Source: the human T2T-CHM13v2.0 reference genome, Homo sapiens
Direction: 5' to 3' (one strand)
DNA length: 64,000 nucleotides
Assembly: GCF_009914755.1 (NCBI RefSeq)
Contig: NC_060936.1
The stretch's first letter is position 1. The number at the start of each line of letters is the position of its first letter. This document shows, piece after piece, positions 29,620 to 45,579 of the stretch. Both the position numbers and the translations under genes were made by a program. The notes below the pieces were generated by a model. It ran no database searches. It worked only from the letters and a program-made list of their open reading frames with translations, and was not told the origin of the DNA.

Positions 29620-30893
29620 AAACCTTACTTCATCACTGCTTTTAAACATTGTACTGGAAGTCCTAGCTAATGCAATAAGAACCCCTCTCCTCACCCCCAA
29701 CCGAAAAGGAGAGAAAAGGTATACAGATTGGAAAGCAAGAGATAAAACTGTCTTAGATCACAGATCAAGGGATTGAAAAGACAAGCCAGAGACTGGGAGA
29801 AAATATTTGCTACAGACATATCAGATCAAGGACTGCTATCTAAAATGTACAAAGAACTCTTAAAACTCAATAACGAGAATGCAAAAACTCTATTAAAAGT
29901 AGGCCAAAGACCTTAATAGACATCTCACCAAAGAAGACATACAAATGTCACGCAAGCATAGGAAAAGACGTCCATATCATATGTCATCAGGGAGATGCAC
30001 ATTAAAACAACAATGAGATGCTACTACACACCTATTAGAATGGCCGAAGTCCAGAACAATGACTACACCAAATGCTGGTGAGAATGTAGAGCAACAGGAA
30101 TTCTCATTTATTGCTGGTACAGCAATGTACAGCCACTTTGGAAGACAGTTTGACAGTTTCTTACAAAACTAAACATACTCTCACCATATGATTCAGCAGA
30201 TGCTCCTGGTATTCACAAATGAGTTCAGAACTTATGCCCACACAAGGCCCTGCACACAAATGTTTATAGCAGCTTTATTTATAATTGTCAAAACTTGGAA
30301 GCAACCAAGATGTCCTTCATTAGGTGAATGGATATATAAACTGTGGTACATCCTTACAATGAAATATGATTCAGTGCTAAAAAGAAGTTATAAAGCCCTG
30401 AAAAAACACAGAGGAAACTGAAATGCATATTGCTAAGTAAAAGAAGCCAATCTGAAAAGGCTACATACTGTATGATTCCAACTATGTGACATCCTGGAAA
30501 AGGCAAAACTGTGGAGACAGTAAAAGACTGATGTTTGCCAGGGTTTATTTAATAGGGAAAGAGGAATGAGTAGATGGAGCACAGAGGATTTTTTAGGGCA
30601 GTAAAACTACTGTCTGTGATACTGTAATGGGGGGAATATATTACAAATATGTCCAAACTTAAGAACGTACAATACCAAGAGTGAACTCTAATGTAAAGTA
30701 TGGACTTTGTGTGACAATGATGTGTTAATGTGGACTCGTCAATTGTAATGAATGATTCACTCTGGTGGGGGATGTTGATAATGGGGAAGGTTGTGCATGT
30801 GTGGGACAGGTGGGATATAGGAAATCTCTGCATCTCACCCTCAATTTTGCTGTGGACCTAAAACTTCTTTTAAAAATAAAGTCTATTAAAAAA
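29620..30893 (+). mobile_element. L1MC/MD-like fragment (internally deleted ORF2 and 3' UTR)
   Basis: ORF2 motifs (CTGGAAGTCCTAGCTAATGCAATAAG; ORF 30188-30421 MFIAALFIIVKTWKQPRCP), end AATAAAGTCTATTAAAAAAA. Confidence 0.85.
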
Positions 30894-31110
30894 AGTTCTG
30901 GGTCAAGTGAGTTTGGGAATACTGTGTACTAAGATTCTCTCTTGGAGATTATGAGGCTCACATAAAGCACATATTAAAGGTTCTAAGAAGTCCAATGATA
31001 AAGAAATCCAGCATAAACCAACTTGTTTGACCATAGAAGCTTTGTTTGCTCAATAGCTAGTTATATCCAATGGAACTAGTATGCAATAGAATATTCGTGG
31101 GAAATGCTGT
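30894..31110. mobile_element. hAT-Charlie MER remnant
   Basis: GGTCAAGTGAGTTTGGGAA...TTTGACCA...TGGGAAATGCTG end. Confidence 0.5.
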
Positions 31111-32114
31111 ACTGGCTTATACCTCTGTGTCTCAGGTGAGTTCATTCAGTAGTAGTAATCAATCAGGGCCTCACAATTGTTCAAGTATACCTAGTTTCTT
31201 GATTACCTAGGTAAAAAAACAAAGATTATGGCCAATAAAAATAGGCCCATCTTTTCTGTTATTAAGCAATCTTATCAGTTAATAGTAGAAGCTCCTCTGT
31301 GCCTGGGAAGGATGGACAGGTGGTAAGTAATGGAACTGTGCTTTGGGCTATCAGTTACATCCATGGGGATGAACCATGTACAGAAGGAAAGCAGATGTAG
31401 CTCGGGACCCATGAACCTGTAGGCCTCCAACAATTCCCTTGACTCTCCTTCCAGGGAACTTGAATATGGGTGCTCATCTTTCTCTGCAACCAAAGCTGAG
31501 CATAAAAGAGAAGATAATTTTCATTTTTTAAAAAGTTAGCATAATTTTGTATTGCTATAGATTCACACATTGTGAATTTACAGTTTCATGAAACATTTAC
31601 AAATAAAACATAGTGAAGAATAATTTAGATTCTGACAAGAATTTGACCTGTTACAACTTTATCATACTCCATTCATTTTTCTAATGTGATATTTATATAT
31701 ATAAGATATAATATATTTGAAGTCAAAAGTTTCTGGCTAGATAATATTTTGAGACTTTTAACTGAAGGTTTTTTCTTTTTTAAATCAAAAATTGGATCTT
31801 TATTACTGATACAATGGCTTAAAGAACACAGCTTTAGCTTTGGAGCTAAATGCCAGTGCTTCAACCCAGAATTAAACATACTCAGCCTCTGGCACAGTTA
31901 GAAAAACTTGAGTCTTTTCCCTCCTCTGCCTCCTGGAGGCAGGACCCTTATATCATAGGGCAAATTGTAGCCTGGAATACCTCCCTGCCAAACAGGCAGA
32001 TCGCAAAAGATACGGAAAGAAAGTTGCTGAGCTGAACTTGTCCAGCTAATTTCCCAAATTCACCAATCAGATGAATTATCAGAGGGGAGGGGCTGAAAAC
32101 CCCCACCCACACAC

Positions 32115-33130
32115 AAAAAAACCATAAACATTTGTGCTCTAAAGGACATCATTAACAAAGTGAAAAGATGACTCACAGAATGGGAGAAAATATTGGCAAA
32201 TCATAGCTCTGATGAGGGACTTATAACTAGAATATGTAACTAACTCTTACAACTCAAATATAAAAAGACAACCAAATTAAAAAATGAGCAAAGGATTTGC
32301 ATAGATATTTCTCCAAGGAAGACATGCAAACCGCCAGTAAGAACATGAGAAGATGTTAAATATTATATACTACAAAAAACAAAAACAAAACAAACAAACA
32401 AAACACACACACACAACAAGATACCACTTCGTGCTCACTTGCAGGGCTATAATCAAGGACAGACAGTAAGACAAGTGTTGATGAGGATGTAGAGAAATTG
32501 GAACCTTTGTACATTGTTGGTGGGGATGTAAAATGATGCAGCTTTGGAATACAATTTGGAAGTTCTTCGAATAGTTAAACAGTTACTTCATGACCAGATA
32601 TTCTGCTCCTAGGTATATAACTAAGAGAAAAAAAATATATATACCACACAAAACCTTTTATACCAATGTTCATAGCTGCATTATTCATAATAGCTAAAAG
32701 TGGAAACAACCACCACATTTGTAATAAACAAGATGTGGTATATCTATACATTGGAACATTATTTGGCCATAAAATGCAATGAAGTATTAATATGTGCTGC
32801 AACATGAATGAACCTGAAGGGAAAGAAAGAAAATAAGTGAAAAAAAAAAAAAAAGAAACAGTCTTAAGGGGCCACACATTGGATGATTCCATTTGTATGA
32901 AATGTCCAGAATAGGCAAATTTATAAAGACAGAAAGTAGATTAGTGGTTGCCAGAGGCTGGGAGAAGGGGATAATGGGGAGTGACTGCTAAGAGATGTGT
33001 GGTTTCTTTTTGGGGTAATGAAAATATTCTGGAAGTAGGTTGTGGTGACAGTTGCATAACTCTGTGACTATACTAAAGCCATTGAATTGTACACTTTAAT
33101 TCTAATTATATCACAAAGTTATCTTAAAAA
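32115..33130 (+). mobile_element. L1MB/MC 3' fragment
   Basis: ACAGAATGGGAGAAAATATT, ATTCCATTTGTATGAAATGTCCAGAATAGGCAAAT, CATTGAATTGTACACTTTAA. Confidence 0.8.
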
Positions 33131-34484
33131 TTAATTAGTTCATGTAAATGACTTTAATATATAATTAAGGCATTACAGAATAGTGAGGAAAGGGAAGATT
33201 ATTAATGGTATTGGGGCTATCTGCTTTACAATTTTGAAAAAGTGATACCTTTACATTTATATTATGATTCAAAATAAATTTTAGAGGGATTAAATATTTA
33301 AATAGTAGAATTGGTTTGAAACAGAAAAACTAACAAGAAAGTAGAAATATTAATCAGACATCTATTAGTGGAGCTAGAATAAACTTCTATGCAAAGCAGC
33401 AATAGAAGAAACCACCAAGTAAATGATCAACATCAAACTAGATGTGTAAAAATTAAGAACTATTTGATATAAATAGGAAAACAATAATAAAAAGGAAAAT
33501 AACAAATTGGCAAAGAACATACTGCAACAAATATGTTGGATAAAAGGTGAATATCTTCACTCTAGAAAAAGTTAAATTATTTGATAAGATATGAAAATAA
33601 AGCAGAAGATACAAAAAAAATAAGAGAAAGTTGCACAATTCAAGGCAGGATAAAAGTTGTGTAATAACCCTTACTGTGAAAAGGCTATGTGCTATACTGT
33701 TGTGCAGAGACAGGAAACATCCATTTGGTGTTGGGGAGGGAGACAATAAGGAGTAGAGTAAACAAAATGTGGAAAAATATTCGTCTGTGCATGTAATCAA
33801 AGGCATGTATTTTAAAATAGCAATTATCTATTTTTCTTCGATTGAATTAGCAAACACTACAATTCTCAAAACTGGAGTGAAGAAAAGGTAAAAGTGGTAT
33901 ATTCTCAAACACAGACAAGCAATGTAGTATCATGAAAAGATTCATACGGTGTTTGGAATTAGGCAGAATTAAAATCAAATGATAATTCTGCCACTTATAA
34001 GCTGTGTGATCTTGGTAACTAATACAAGGGTAAATCTATATTATTAACCATAATATGGTGATGTTTCCTACTTTGCAGCATTGATGTGAGAACAAGTGAT
34101 ACTATGTGCAAAGAATGTAGCTGAGTCCTTGATACATTCTAAGCACTCAGTTTATTCTAAGAGTTCAATAAACAGTGACTGTTTGAATATTATAGTTGGT
34201 CATGGAAATTAATAAGAAAAATTTAGCAAGTATCAAAAACTATAAAATGTTCATATTATTTGATCCAGTAATTTTACTTCTGGAAATATATTCTAAGAAA
34301 ATAACCATTAAGACAAGGAAAAAAATTATACTCACAAAACTATTTTAGTGGAATTATCCAGAATAGGAAATGTTTTATAACAGAGGAATGGTTAACTCAA
34401 TTTAGATGTAACTATTTGCTGAGTGGAAGTATGATGTGGCTGCCGCAAAGAATGGTAATTGTGAACGCCAAGTCATTTCTTTAA

Positions 34485-35955
<1,471 letters not shown>

Positions 35956-36117
35956 AAAATGAAAACTTCAATAAATATGAATTGAGTGTGTTTCACTGTG
36001 CCATGTCCTGTGGTCTGCAGGGAGATCACTTTGGAAAAGAAAAGGCTGGAGGGACCATCAAGGGCCATTTGAGAAGAGCAGGGAGAAGCCATTGACATTT
36101 TTTGAAAAAGTTTCTTT

Positions 36118-36395
36118 AAGACAGGATCTTGCTCCATTGCCCAGGCTGGAGTGCAGTGGCGCAATCATAGCTCTCTGCGTCCTGGGACTCCTGGTCTCAA
36201 GTGATTCTCCTGCCTCCATCTGCTGAGTAGCTAGGACTACAGGCACATGCCACTGCCCCTGGCTAATTTTTAAAATTTTTGTAGAGATGAGGTCTTGCTA
36301 TGTTGCCCAGGCCAGTCTTGAACTCCTGGCCTCAAGAGATCTTCTGCCGTGGCTTCCCAAAGTGTTGCGATTACAGGCCTGAAACACTGCCCAGC
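36118..36395 (-). mobile_element. AluJ
   Basis: GCAATCATAGCTC, TTTTTGTAGAGATGAGGTCTTGCTATGTTGCCCAGG. Confidence 0.88.
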
Positions 36396-36723
36396 CATCC
36401 ATTGAAATTTTAAAGCAGGAAAACAGAAACAGTGTAAAATAGATTAGAAGACCAGAAAATTATATGTACAACAACTACGCAAAAACATGCCTATGAAGGA
36501 AAACGTGAAAAGGAATGAGCTTATAGGTGATATTTTCCTCCATTAAAAAAGTAATTCTTGTTTTTGGCTCCTCTAACCCATAAATGGAATGGCCAGCAAA
36601 GCCACACAATCTGAAAGTTCTAAGAGAAAGGAGAGTGTTGCGTCTTCTTCTATACCTACCTTTCTCTGGCTTACTCCTCCAGTCAGGGGAGTACAAGTTG
36701 AATTCAAGGCTGAGTGTCTCCTG

Positions 36724-36742
36724 TGCTGCCACCTCGTGGTCA
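36724..36742 (-). promoter_or_regulatory. strong CTCF core motif
   Basis: Minus strand TGACCACGAGGTGGCAGCA closely fits the CTCF consensus (CCASYAGRKGGCRS, one mismatch); in non-repeat sequence. Confidence 0.65.
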
Positions 36743-37839
36743 CTCCCAGGCTGTCAGCTGAATTTAAGAGTATGCCAGTAACATGTTTCATGTTAAATAA
36801 TCAGAGCACAATTTATGAATATGATTGAAATTATTCTAGTAAACAATCTTAAAATGTGTCTCTTAGATACTAGTCTTGATTGCAAGTGGTTGAGGATGAA
36901 CCTTGTGACCTTTTAAAATATCTTCCAGCTCTGTTTTATGTGGTTTAAAAAAAAAAAACTTTTGAAGCTCTGGAAATTTTATATTAATGTGGCATAATTC
37001 ATACCAAAATTTTTGTTGGTTTGTGTTTTTAGAAAACTTCAATATTTAATAATAATGAAAAGACACTAGAGGTTTTACAAAACGAATGATGAACTTTAGA
37101 CATAAATATCATGACTAACATTTTTAAGTTGGCAAATTCAGTATTTTCTTTGCCAACCTGTTATTTTGCAACAAGAAACTTCTCAAAGTGATGATCAAAT
37201 AGTCCTTAGGCTCAAAAGTGGTATATGTTGACATTGAGAAAAAATAATATTTGAATATAAGAAAATCTGTGGTGCTTGCTAATGAATAAGTTTTAAATCA
37301 TATGGCATGAAGCAAGTATTTTATTCCATAATTTAGAACTATTTTATAATTAATGGGAAATGCTATTTTTTCCAGAAGACAAATAGACCATACATATTAA
37401 ATTAATGTAAGAAATTTCAACATCTTACCTTATGCATCGGTTTTTTTTCTTCTTTCTTTTTCCTATTTGTCAATTGTAAAGACTATGTAGCAAAATTTTT
37501 GACTTTTTAAATTCCCTAATGATATCTGAATTTATGAATTAATCTATATTTTAGGAAAGGCAGAGGCTCTGGACTCAGATTGTCTGCTTCCAATTCTGAC
37601 ATGACCTTTCTGGGCACATGTTCTTTGAATCAATGAGTTTAATGGTTTTCATCTGCAAAATGAGACAATCACCTTACCTACTTCAGAGGGGTTTTGAAGA
37701 ATTCAATGAAATAATGCATACAATGCCCTTGACAGTGCTCAGTACATAAGAAATGCTCACTCTTAGGCAATATTACAAATGAAGAGAAGCTATGCTAGTG
37801 AAAAAGGTCTGTAATTATCACAACATCATAGTACTCTAA

Positions 37840-38170
<331 letters not shown>

Positions 38171-38533
38171 TGGTGTGATTTCTTTAAAACGTGTGATGTG
38201 TGTGTGTGTAATGATCTATTTCTAGAAATGTTTACTTAGGAGTTATTTTGTTATTTAGTTGTTATTTTGAAGAAATTACTATCACATATGCATCTCACAG
38301 CCTGTTCTTCCTTAGATATGGATTCTACAGTGTTCAGAATAGAAACAAAATGAGTTTGATCCAGAGCATGACCTGTTACACTGTAAAGTTTTAATTAAAA
38401 AGACGTAAGCAAAAATTCAAATCCAAATATTACATATCTCAAAAACTGTTCATACTCTATAATATTTAAAACCACTTCCCATACATGAGTGCTAGGTAAA
38501 GCTTTAATAACTCTTGAATTAGCATTTTTTTTC

Positions 38534-38817
38534 TTTTTTTTTTATTATACTTTAAGTTTTAGGGTACATGTGCACATTGTGCAGGTTAGTTACATATGTA
38601 TACATGTGCCATGCTGCTGCGCTGCACCCACTAACTCGTCATCTAGCATTAGGTATATCTCCCAGTGCTATCCCTCCCCCCTCCCCCGACCCCACAACAG
38701 TCCCCAGAGTGTGATATTCCCCTTCCTGTGTCCATGTGATCTCATTGTTCAATTCCCACCTATGAGTGAGAATATGCGGTGTTTGGTTTTTTCTTCTTGC
38801 GATAGTTTACTGAGAAT
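38534..38817 (-). mobile_element. young 5'-truncated L1 (L1HS non-Ta/L1PA2), 3' UTR only
   Basis: Near identity to the recalled L1HS 3' end; GAG rather than ACA at the Ta-diagnostic triplet; poly-T tail. Confidence 0.9.
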
Positions 38818-39183
38818 CATTTCTATAAACAAGCCTTTTAAATATCATTTAAGTTCTTTAAAGAATTGATTATTGTCCACCATGTTGTTGTATGATTGGA
38901 GAAATAGAACAACTGAGGAATCTTTTATGATGTTATGTAGTCATAATAAGTTTAAAATATATGGTACAAATCAGATCCAAACAATATATGGTATGTTATT
39001 TGGATACCAAACAATATATGGTACAAAAATCAGAGAGATGCAGGGAACAGCTCAGAGTCAGGAGTAGAGAATAAGGAATTGTCTATGGAGTGTTCTTGAA
39101 GGCGATATGTTGGCAAAGTTCTGGATTTTTGGAGAGACTGTCCCGGACAATCAATATATCTCTGAGTCAGTATATTAGTCTCT

Positions 39184-39492
39184 TTTTTTTTTTTTTTTTT
39201 TTTTTTTTTGAGATAGGTTTCTCACTTTGTCACCCAAGCTGGAGTGCAGTGGCACAATCTCAGCTCACTGCAGTCTTGACCTTCCAGGCTCAAGTGATCC
39301 TTGCACCTCAGCCTCCTGAGTAGCTAGGACCCACAGGTGTGCACCATTATACCTGGCTAATTTTTGTATTTTTTGTAGAGATGAAGTCTCACTATTTTGC
39401 CCAGGCTGGTCTCGAACTCCTGAACTCAAGTGATTCATCTGCCTTAATATCCTAAAGAGATGGGATTACAGGTGTGGACCACTGCATCTGGC
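39184..39492 (-). mobile_element. AluJ
   Basis: Long poly-T, CTCACTGCAGTCTTGACCTTCCAGGCTCAAGTGATCC. Confidence 0.9.
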
Positions 39493-40579
39493 TAGTATAT
39501 GAGGCTCTTATCAAAGATTGAGGCTGGTCAGGAGAAGCTTGATGGATAGAGAATATGGAGTGAGCAGAAATGCAGAATCTGAAATACGTGGTGTGGTCTG
39601 GCTGAAGAAAGAGGGTGTGAATGGTGCAGGCACAGTTGCTAAACATCAGAATTAAGCCTCAGATCCAAGTGTTCTCACCCAGATTTGGTGATGCTGAGAA
39701 CAGGGATGCTCCGCTCATGCAAAGAGCTGCTATGTTCCTTTCATTGATTCAGCACATGTTTATTCAACTTATGTGGCAGAAACCATTCCAGACACTAGGG
39801 AACATGACACAGTCCTTGCTTTAAGGAGCTTAGTGGGTGACAGCTATGTGAACATACAATCACAGAACAGTGTGATAAGTGCTGGACAGAATGCTTAGAA
39901 CAGGGATTTTGGCATTATCTAGACTCAGGCTCTTGCTTTGTAACCTTGGTGAGTTGCTTGACCTTCAAGCCGCAGATTTCTTATCCAGAAAATGGAGGCA
40001 CTAACAAAACCTATTATATTTGGGTTCTTATGGGATTGACATGCTATGATGCCAGCCAAGTTCTTAACATAATCCTGTCTCATGGTGGTGGGGGCCGGAG
40101 GGGGAACCTAATAAATGTTAGCTATCGGGAGGAAAAGCACAGAGCTATGGGGCTCACTACTTGAGAAACAGCGAGTTCAAAGGAGACATAATGGAAGATG
40201 TGAGTAAGATGAGGCCCAGAGAAGTTAGCCTGACAAAGGAAAGCACATGGAAGGCTGGGGAGGAGTGTTCAGGGAGGAAGAGTTCTAGAGGTGGGAGAAT
40301 GAAAGGCGTGTTGAGGGAACTAAAAATAGCAGATAAATGAACATAAAATGGATTCTGGAGAGAGAGGAAGGGCTTTCATTCTGCAGGGTTGCATATGTCA
40401 GAGAGTTCTCGAGACTCACCAAGCACACACCTACCTCACTGACATCAGCTTGACCTTCCTTCTGCCTGGAATGCTATTCCCTACATGCCTCTTTCCCTTG
40501 CTTCCTTCAGGCCTTTGCTCAGATGTTTCCATATCAGGGAAGTCTTCCTTGACCACCCTACATAAAATAGGATTTAAAC

Positions 40580-40830
40580 AGTATAGGGCAGTAGTGAAAT
40601 AGGCAGATTCAGGATCCCGACTGCTGGGACTCACATCCCAACGCTGCCATTTCCTGCAGCAAATTACTACACCTTGTTATGCTTCACCTTCCTCATGTGT
40701 AAAATGAGCATAATGCTAGTACTGATGCAGAGAGGTGCTATAAGGATGAAATGAATTAATAGAAGTAGACCCTGGAGAAGATTGCTTGGCACACAGTAAG
40801 TACTCAGTAAGCATCTGCTGCTGTTACTGT
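40580..40830 (+). mobile_element. MIR
   Basis: TTCCTCATGTGTAAAATGAG...TGGCACACAGTAAGTACTCAGTAA. Confidence 0.65.
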
Positions 40831-41096
40831 CACTGCAATAATATTATTCCAAATAGTAAATAAGGCACACAATCAAGGCCATTACATGGTTAAAGTTAGC
40901 ACCCCGTTCAGTCTGCTCAGTGCTCTCTGTAAGCTGCTGGGACCTAGAGTTCTACGAGGGGGATGATTTTGTCGTTGATGTTATTTTGCTTTTGTAATTG
41001 TAATTAGGAAACACATTGAACACGTCAAGAAATATATGGAAGTGTATAATGAATATCTCTATATCCACCACTCAGCTTAAGAAATAAAATGTTGCA

Positions 41097-41410
41097 GGCC
41101 AGGCACGATGGCTCATGCCTGTAATCCCAACACTTTGGGAGGCTGAGGCGGGTGGATCACTTGAGGCCAGGAGTTTGAGACCAGCCTGGCCAACATGGCA
41201 AAACCCTGTCTCTACTAAAAAGACAAAAATTGGCTGGGCGTGGTGGTGGGCACCTGTAATCCCAGCTACCTAGGAGGCTGAGGCAGGAGGATCGCTTGAA
41301 CCCAGGACGTGGAGGTTGCAGTGAGCTGAAATCACGCTGCTGCACTCCAGCCTGGGTGATAGAGTGAGACTCCGTCTCATAAATAAATAAATAAATAAAT
41401 AAAATAAATA
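41097..41410 (+). mobile_element. AluS with (TAAA)n tail
   Basis: Dimeric Alu; TSD-like AAATAAAATGTTGCA/AAATAGAATGTTACA. Confidence 0.92.
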
Positions 41411-44125
41411 GAATGTTACAAACAGAAGCATCTTAAGGTGTTTTGGTTCTGATTTCTTTATTATTGCCCAACACTAAAAACTTTTTCCTAAGTGAGCCAC
41501 TTGGAAGCTACTTCCATGGACTGTTGACAGGTATTATGTGGGGAAAAGTTTGGGGGATTGGGCTCAAGTTAGTTTGAGAAATACTGATTTTAATAAAGTA
41601 AAATGGGGTTATTTTCTTCATGACAGCTCAAAGCCTTTCAAGCTGAACACAGGAACCCCTTTTTATGCCATGTCTTTTGTGACTATGTTTTATACAAAAC
41701 AGTTTTGGAAACACCAATCTGTGTTATACTACTGCATCAACTCCAAAGAGTACCAATCACCTGATAATTTTCACACTCACTCAGAGGATAAATTAATTTT
41801 AAAAATTGAGTTAAAAAATAGGGCTTAGTAATTAATAATCTTAGTGCCAAGAAGATCAGAAACAAATGGGCAGTTTGGCTTTAATATCCATGGAGTTATG
41901 GCCTGATATTTACATTCCAATTTTCTCCATAATCTTGCTATTTTATTCCATCCATGTTTTCCTTGATCCTGGTATTTATTTAGTTTTAATTGTCATTGTA
42001 ACAATTTTGTGTTGTTATTGTAATATCTCTCAAATCCCTTGTAGAACAAGGCAGAGAATACATTCATTAAACTCAAATGAAATATACTACCTAATTGTCT
42101 TCACTCAAAAATACTAAATTTTACAGTGCTGATTTAATAACTATATCGGACATTTGTTTTGGTTGTTTCCAAATTTAACATTGATTGATACTGATATTAG
42201 GCCTTTGGTAGTAATGTAAGCCAGAAGTTGGACTATAGCCACACCATACTTATAAATTTAGTCACTTCAAGGTTTTGTGGTGGTAGAAGTCTGGGTCAGT
42301 GATGATCTGATGGATTGGAAGATGGGTGGGGAAAAACTTCTTGAAGCAGCTGGTCCCTGAGCTGTGATTTAAAGAGGAGAAACTTGTGGTTTGGTTGTTG
42401 TTCCATAGATATGGAAAAAATTGAGCAAAGGCTCACAGCCAGGAGAGGAAGAACCAGTGGAAGGAACCACATGACAATAAATTTAGTTGGTGTGGAAGGT
42501 GAAGGCTAGGTTACAGTAGGAGATGAAAACAAAGAGGGCGGGTCAAGCTGGGAGAGGCTTTTGAAAGAAATACTCGGAAAATTGTGTTTGATTCAAAGTG
42601 TAATAGGAAATCAATGTAAGCTCATGAGAGGATGTGGTCAAAATGATGAACAAGGAAAACAAAAAGAGAAAAGGAGTAACTTTGGAAATTACAGTCCTAC
42701 AAACACAATTTATGTACCAGTAAATATTATATAATCTATTTGAAAACAAGTAAACCATATTTGTTGAATGGGTGGAGTGAGTTGAATGCAATGGTGAGTG
42801 AACACGTGGGTATGCTGAGGGAGGTGGCTTCTAGAACCCAGGTAATAAGTGCCCATAATCAGGAGGGTGGCTTGTCAGAGACTCTCTGTGCGAATGTCAA
42901 GAGGGATAACAACAATAATGATTATATACACACATACATACATACCTATATAATATCAGGCACCAGGCAGCACTCCGATGAAACTATAATAAAACAGGTG
43001 AGGTAGATAAGTCCCTGGCCTTTAGGAAGCTTAAAATCTAGAGGCAACAATTCATACCCGTTCGACAAATTCTTGTTGAGCATTTGATACTGGCCAGGGT
43101 ATGCCATGTGCTGGTGGTGGAATAAAAGATACAGTTCTCATGAAGCTTACAGTCCATCAGGATATAAACAAGTAGGCAGGTAATTAACATCAGTGTAAAG
43201 AGAGTCTCTAGGGGAAATACAGAGAGCCAGAGCTAGACAGAAGGGGCGGACTGAACATGCACAGAATGGAGTGAGTTGCGTTTCTAAAACTCAGGGGAAT
43301 TACAATTATACTATTTTGATAAGCATTTTGGAGGAGGGTGGCGAGCAGGGGAGAGCTCCAAGAAGCATGCTTGAATAGCAATTATGGATCATTAAATTCC
43401 TTTCTAAAGAGATAGAGGCTGGTAATCTTCAGGGCTTTTCTTTTGCTGAACTGGAGATTCAAATCTGATGCTAGAGGGAAACTTTTCACAGGCCACAGAA
43501 GAGAAGCTAATTGCTGGCTGCCTCAGGAGCTCCCTCTCTACTCTTCCCCCACATAGTATATGGCTTCTCCTCTACACAAACATCTAAGAGAATTGATTTG
43601 AAAAGGCACTCATGGTTGGCTTGTATTTCTTGGTCTTGATTCCATTTTGCAGGGTGCTATGGGAACATGTAAGTGGGGCGCCTATCCCGTTTTGTTGGGC
43701 TGGGGAGAGGGGTAGACAGTGCTTCATGATGTCGTAGTTCAGAATGATGAAAAAAGAACTATGATCCCAGGGAGCAGCTGCCAGAGAAGACTTGGAAGGA
43801 GTTTGGTAACAAGAAACCCAGGAGAAACTACCTGATGCTTTAAATCTGTCTTAATATATGTGAATAGTGTGTCGTTCCCTCTTTATCCTGCTTATCTCTG
43901 TGGTCTCAAAATGATCTGTTAGTGCAGCTTGGGCACTCACAGAACTCTGAAGTACATAGGTGCTGTTGGTGAAGAAGTGAAAGTCAGAAAAAGTCAGAAG
44001 TCAAGCTTGTTGTTCAGAGCCTTTTGATCCAAGTAACAGAGCCCAACCAAACTATGTTATGAGCAAGGAGATTGCTCCTCTCTCATCCCTGCCCGCCTCA
44101 TATCATTAAAAACTTTAGGAATGGG

Positions 44126-44488
44126 TGTGCAATGGACTGAATGTTTTGTTCCTTTTTTCATATATTGAAACCCTAATCTCCAGTGTGATGGTATTAGGAA
44201 GTGGGGCCTTTGGAAGGCAATTAGGTCATGAGGATGAAGCCCTCATAAATGGGATAAATGCCCATATAAGAAGAGGTGGGAAAGTGAGCTGGCCTTTTTT
44301 CTGCCATGTGAGGATACAAGGTGAAGCTGGCTGGCTGTAATCTGGAAGAGGGCCCTTACCAGAATCCAAATATGCTGGCACCCTGGTTTCAGACTTCCCA
44401 GCCTCCAGAACTGTAAGAAATAGATACGTATTGTTTCAGCCACTCAGTATATGGTCGTTTGTTATGGGAGCATGAACTGACTAAAACA
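44126..44488 (+). mobile_element. MaLR LTR (MLT1A-like), apparently nested in an older MLT1 remnant (about 44010-44850)
   Basis: TGGACTGAATGTTT...GTTGAAACCCTAATC-like start and GACTTCCCAGCCTCCAGAACTGTAAGAAAT...GACTAAAACA end. Confidence 0.75.
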
Positions 44489-44863
44489 AGGTGGATCCAG
44501 GGCATAAGCCATGGTGTCAGGGTTATCTTTTCCTCTCTCGTCTCTGCTTTTCTTTGTAACTCAGCTTCTTTCCCTCTTATCCTGGACAGCCTCCTTCAAC
44601 CAGCTGGGGAGACGATGAACAAGAAAAATGCCAACATTTTTCATACAATTCAAGATTGTGAAGGAAACAGGATGATCATTCTCATTATGCTCAGCAGAAA
44701 AGTCTAGGGAAAATTCTGATTGGCTAATTTGATTACGTGCTCATCCCTGAACCATCATTATGGTTAAGGATAATGGAGTTCTCTGACCAAGTTTGGGTCA
44801 TTTCCCACTTTGTGGACTGGAAGGTTGCATTAACTCTCCTATCCCTGAAACACACATGGTTTA

Positions 44864-45579
<716 letters not shown>

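Noticed and set aside
29750-29831. CAGATCAAGG repeated at an L1 internal junction, suggesting templated insertion
   Set aside because: Both sides fit L1 ORF2 sequence joined by a simple deletion; the repeat is probably coincidental.
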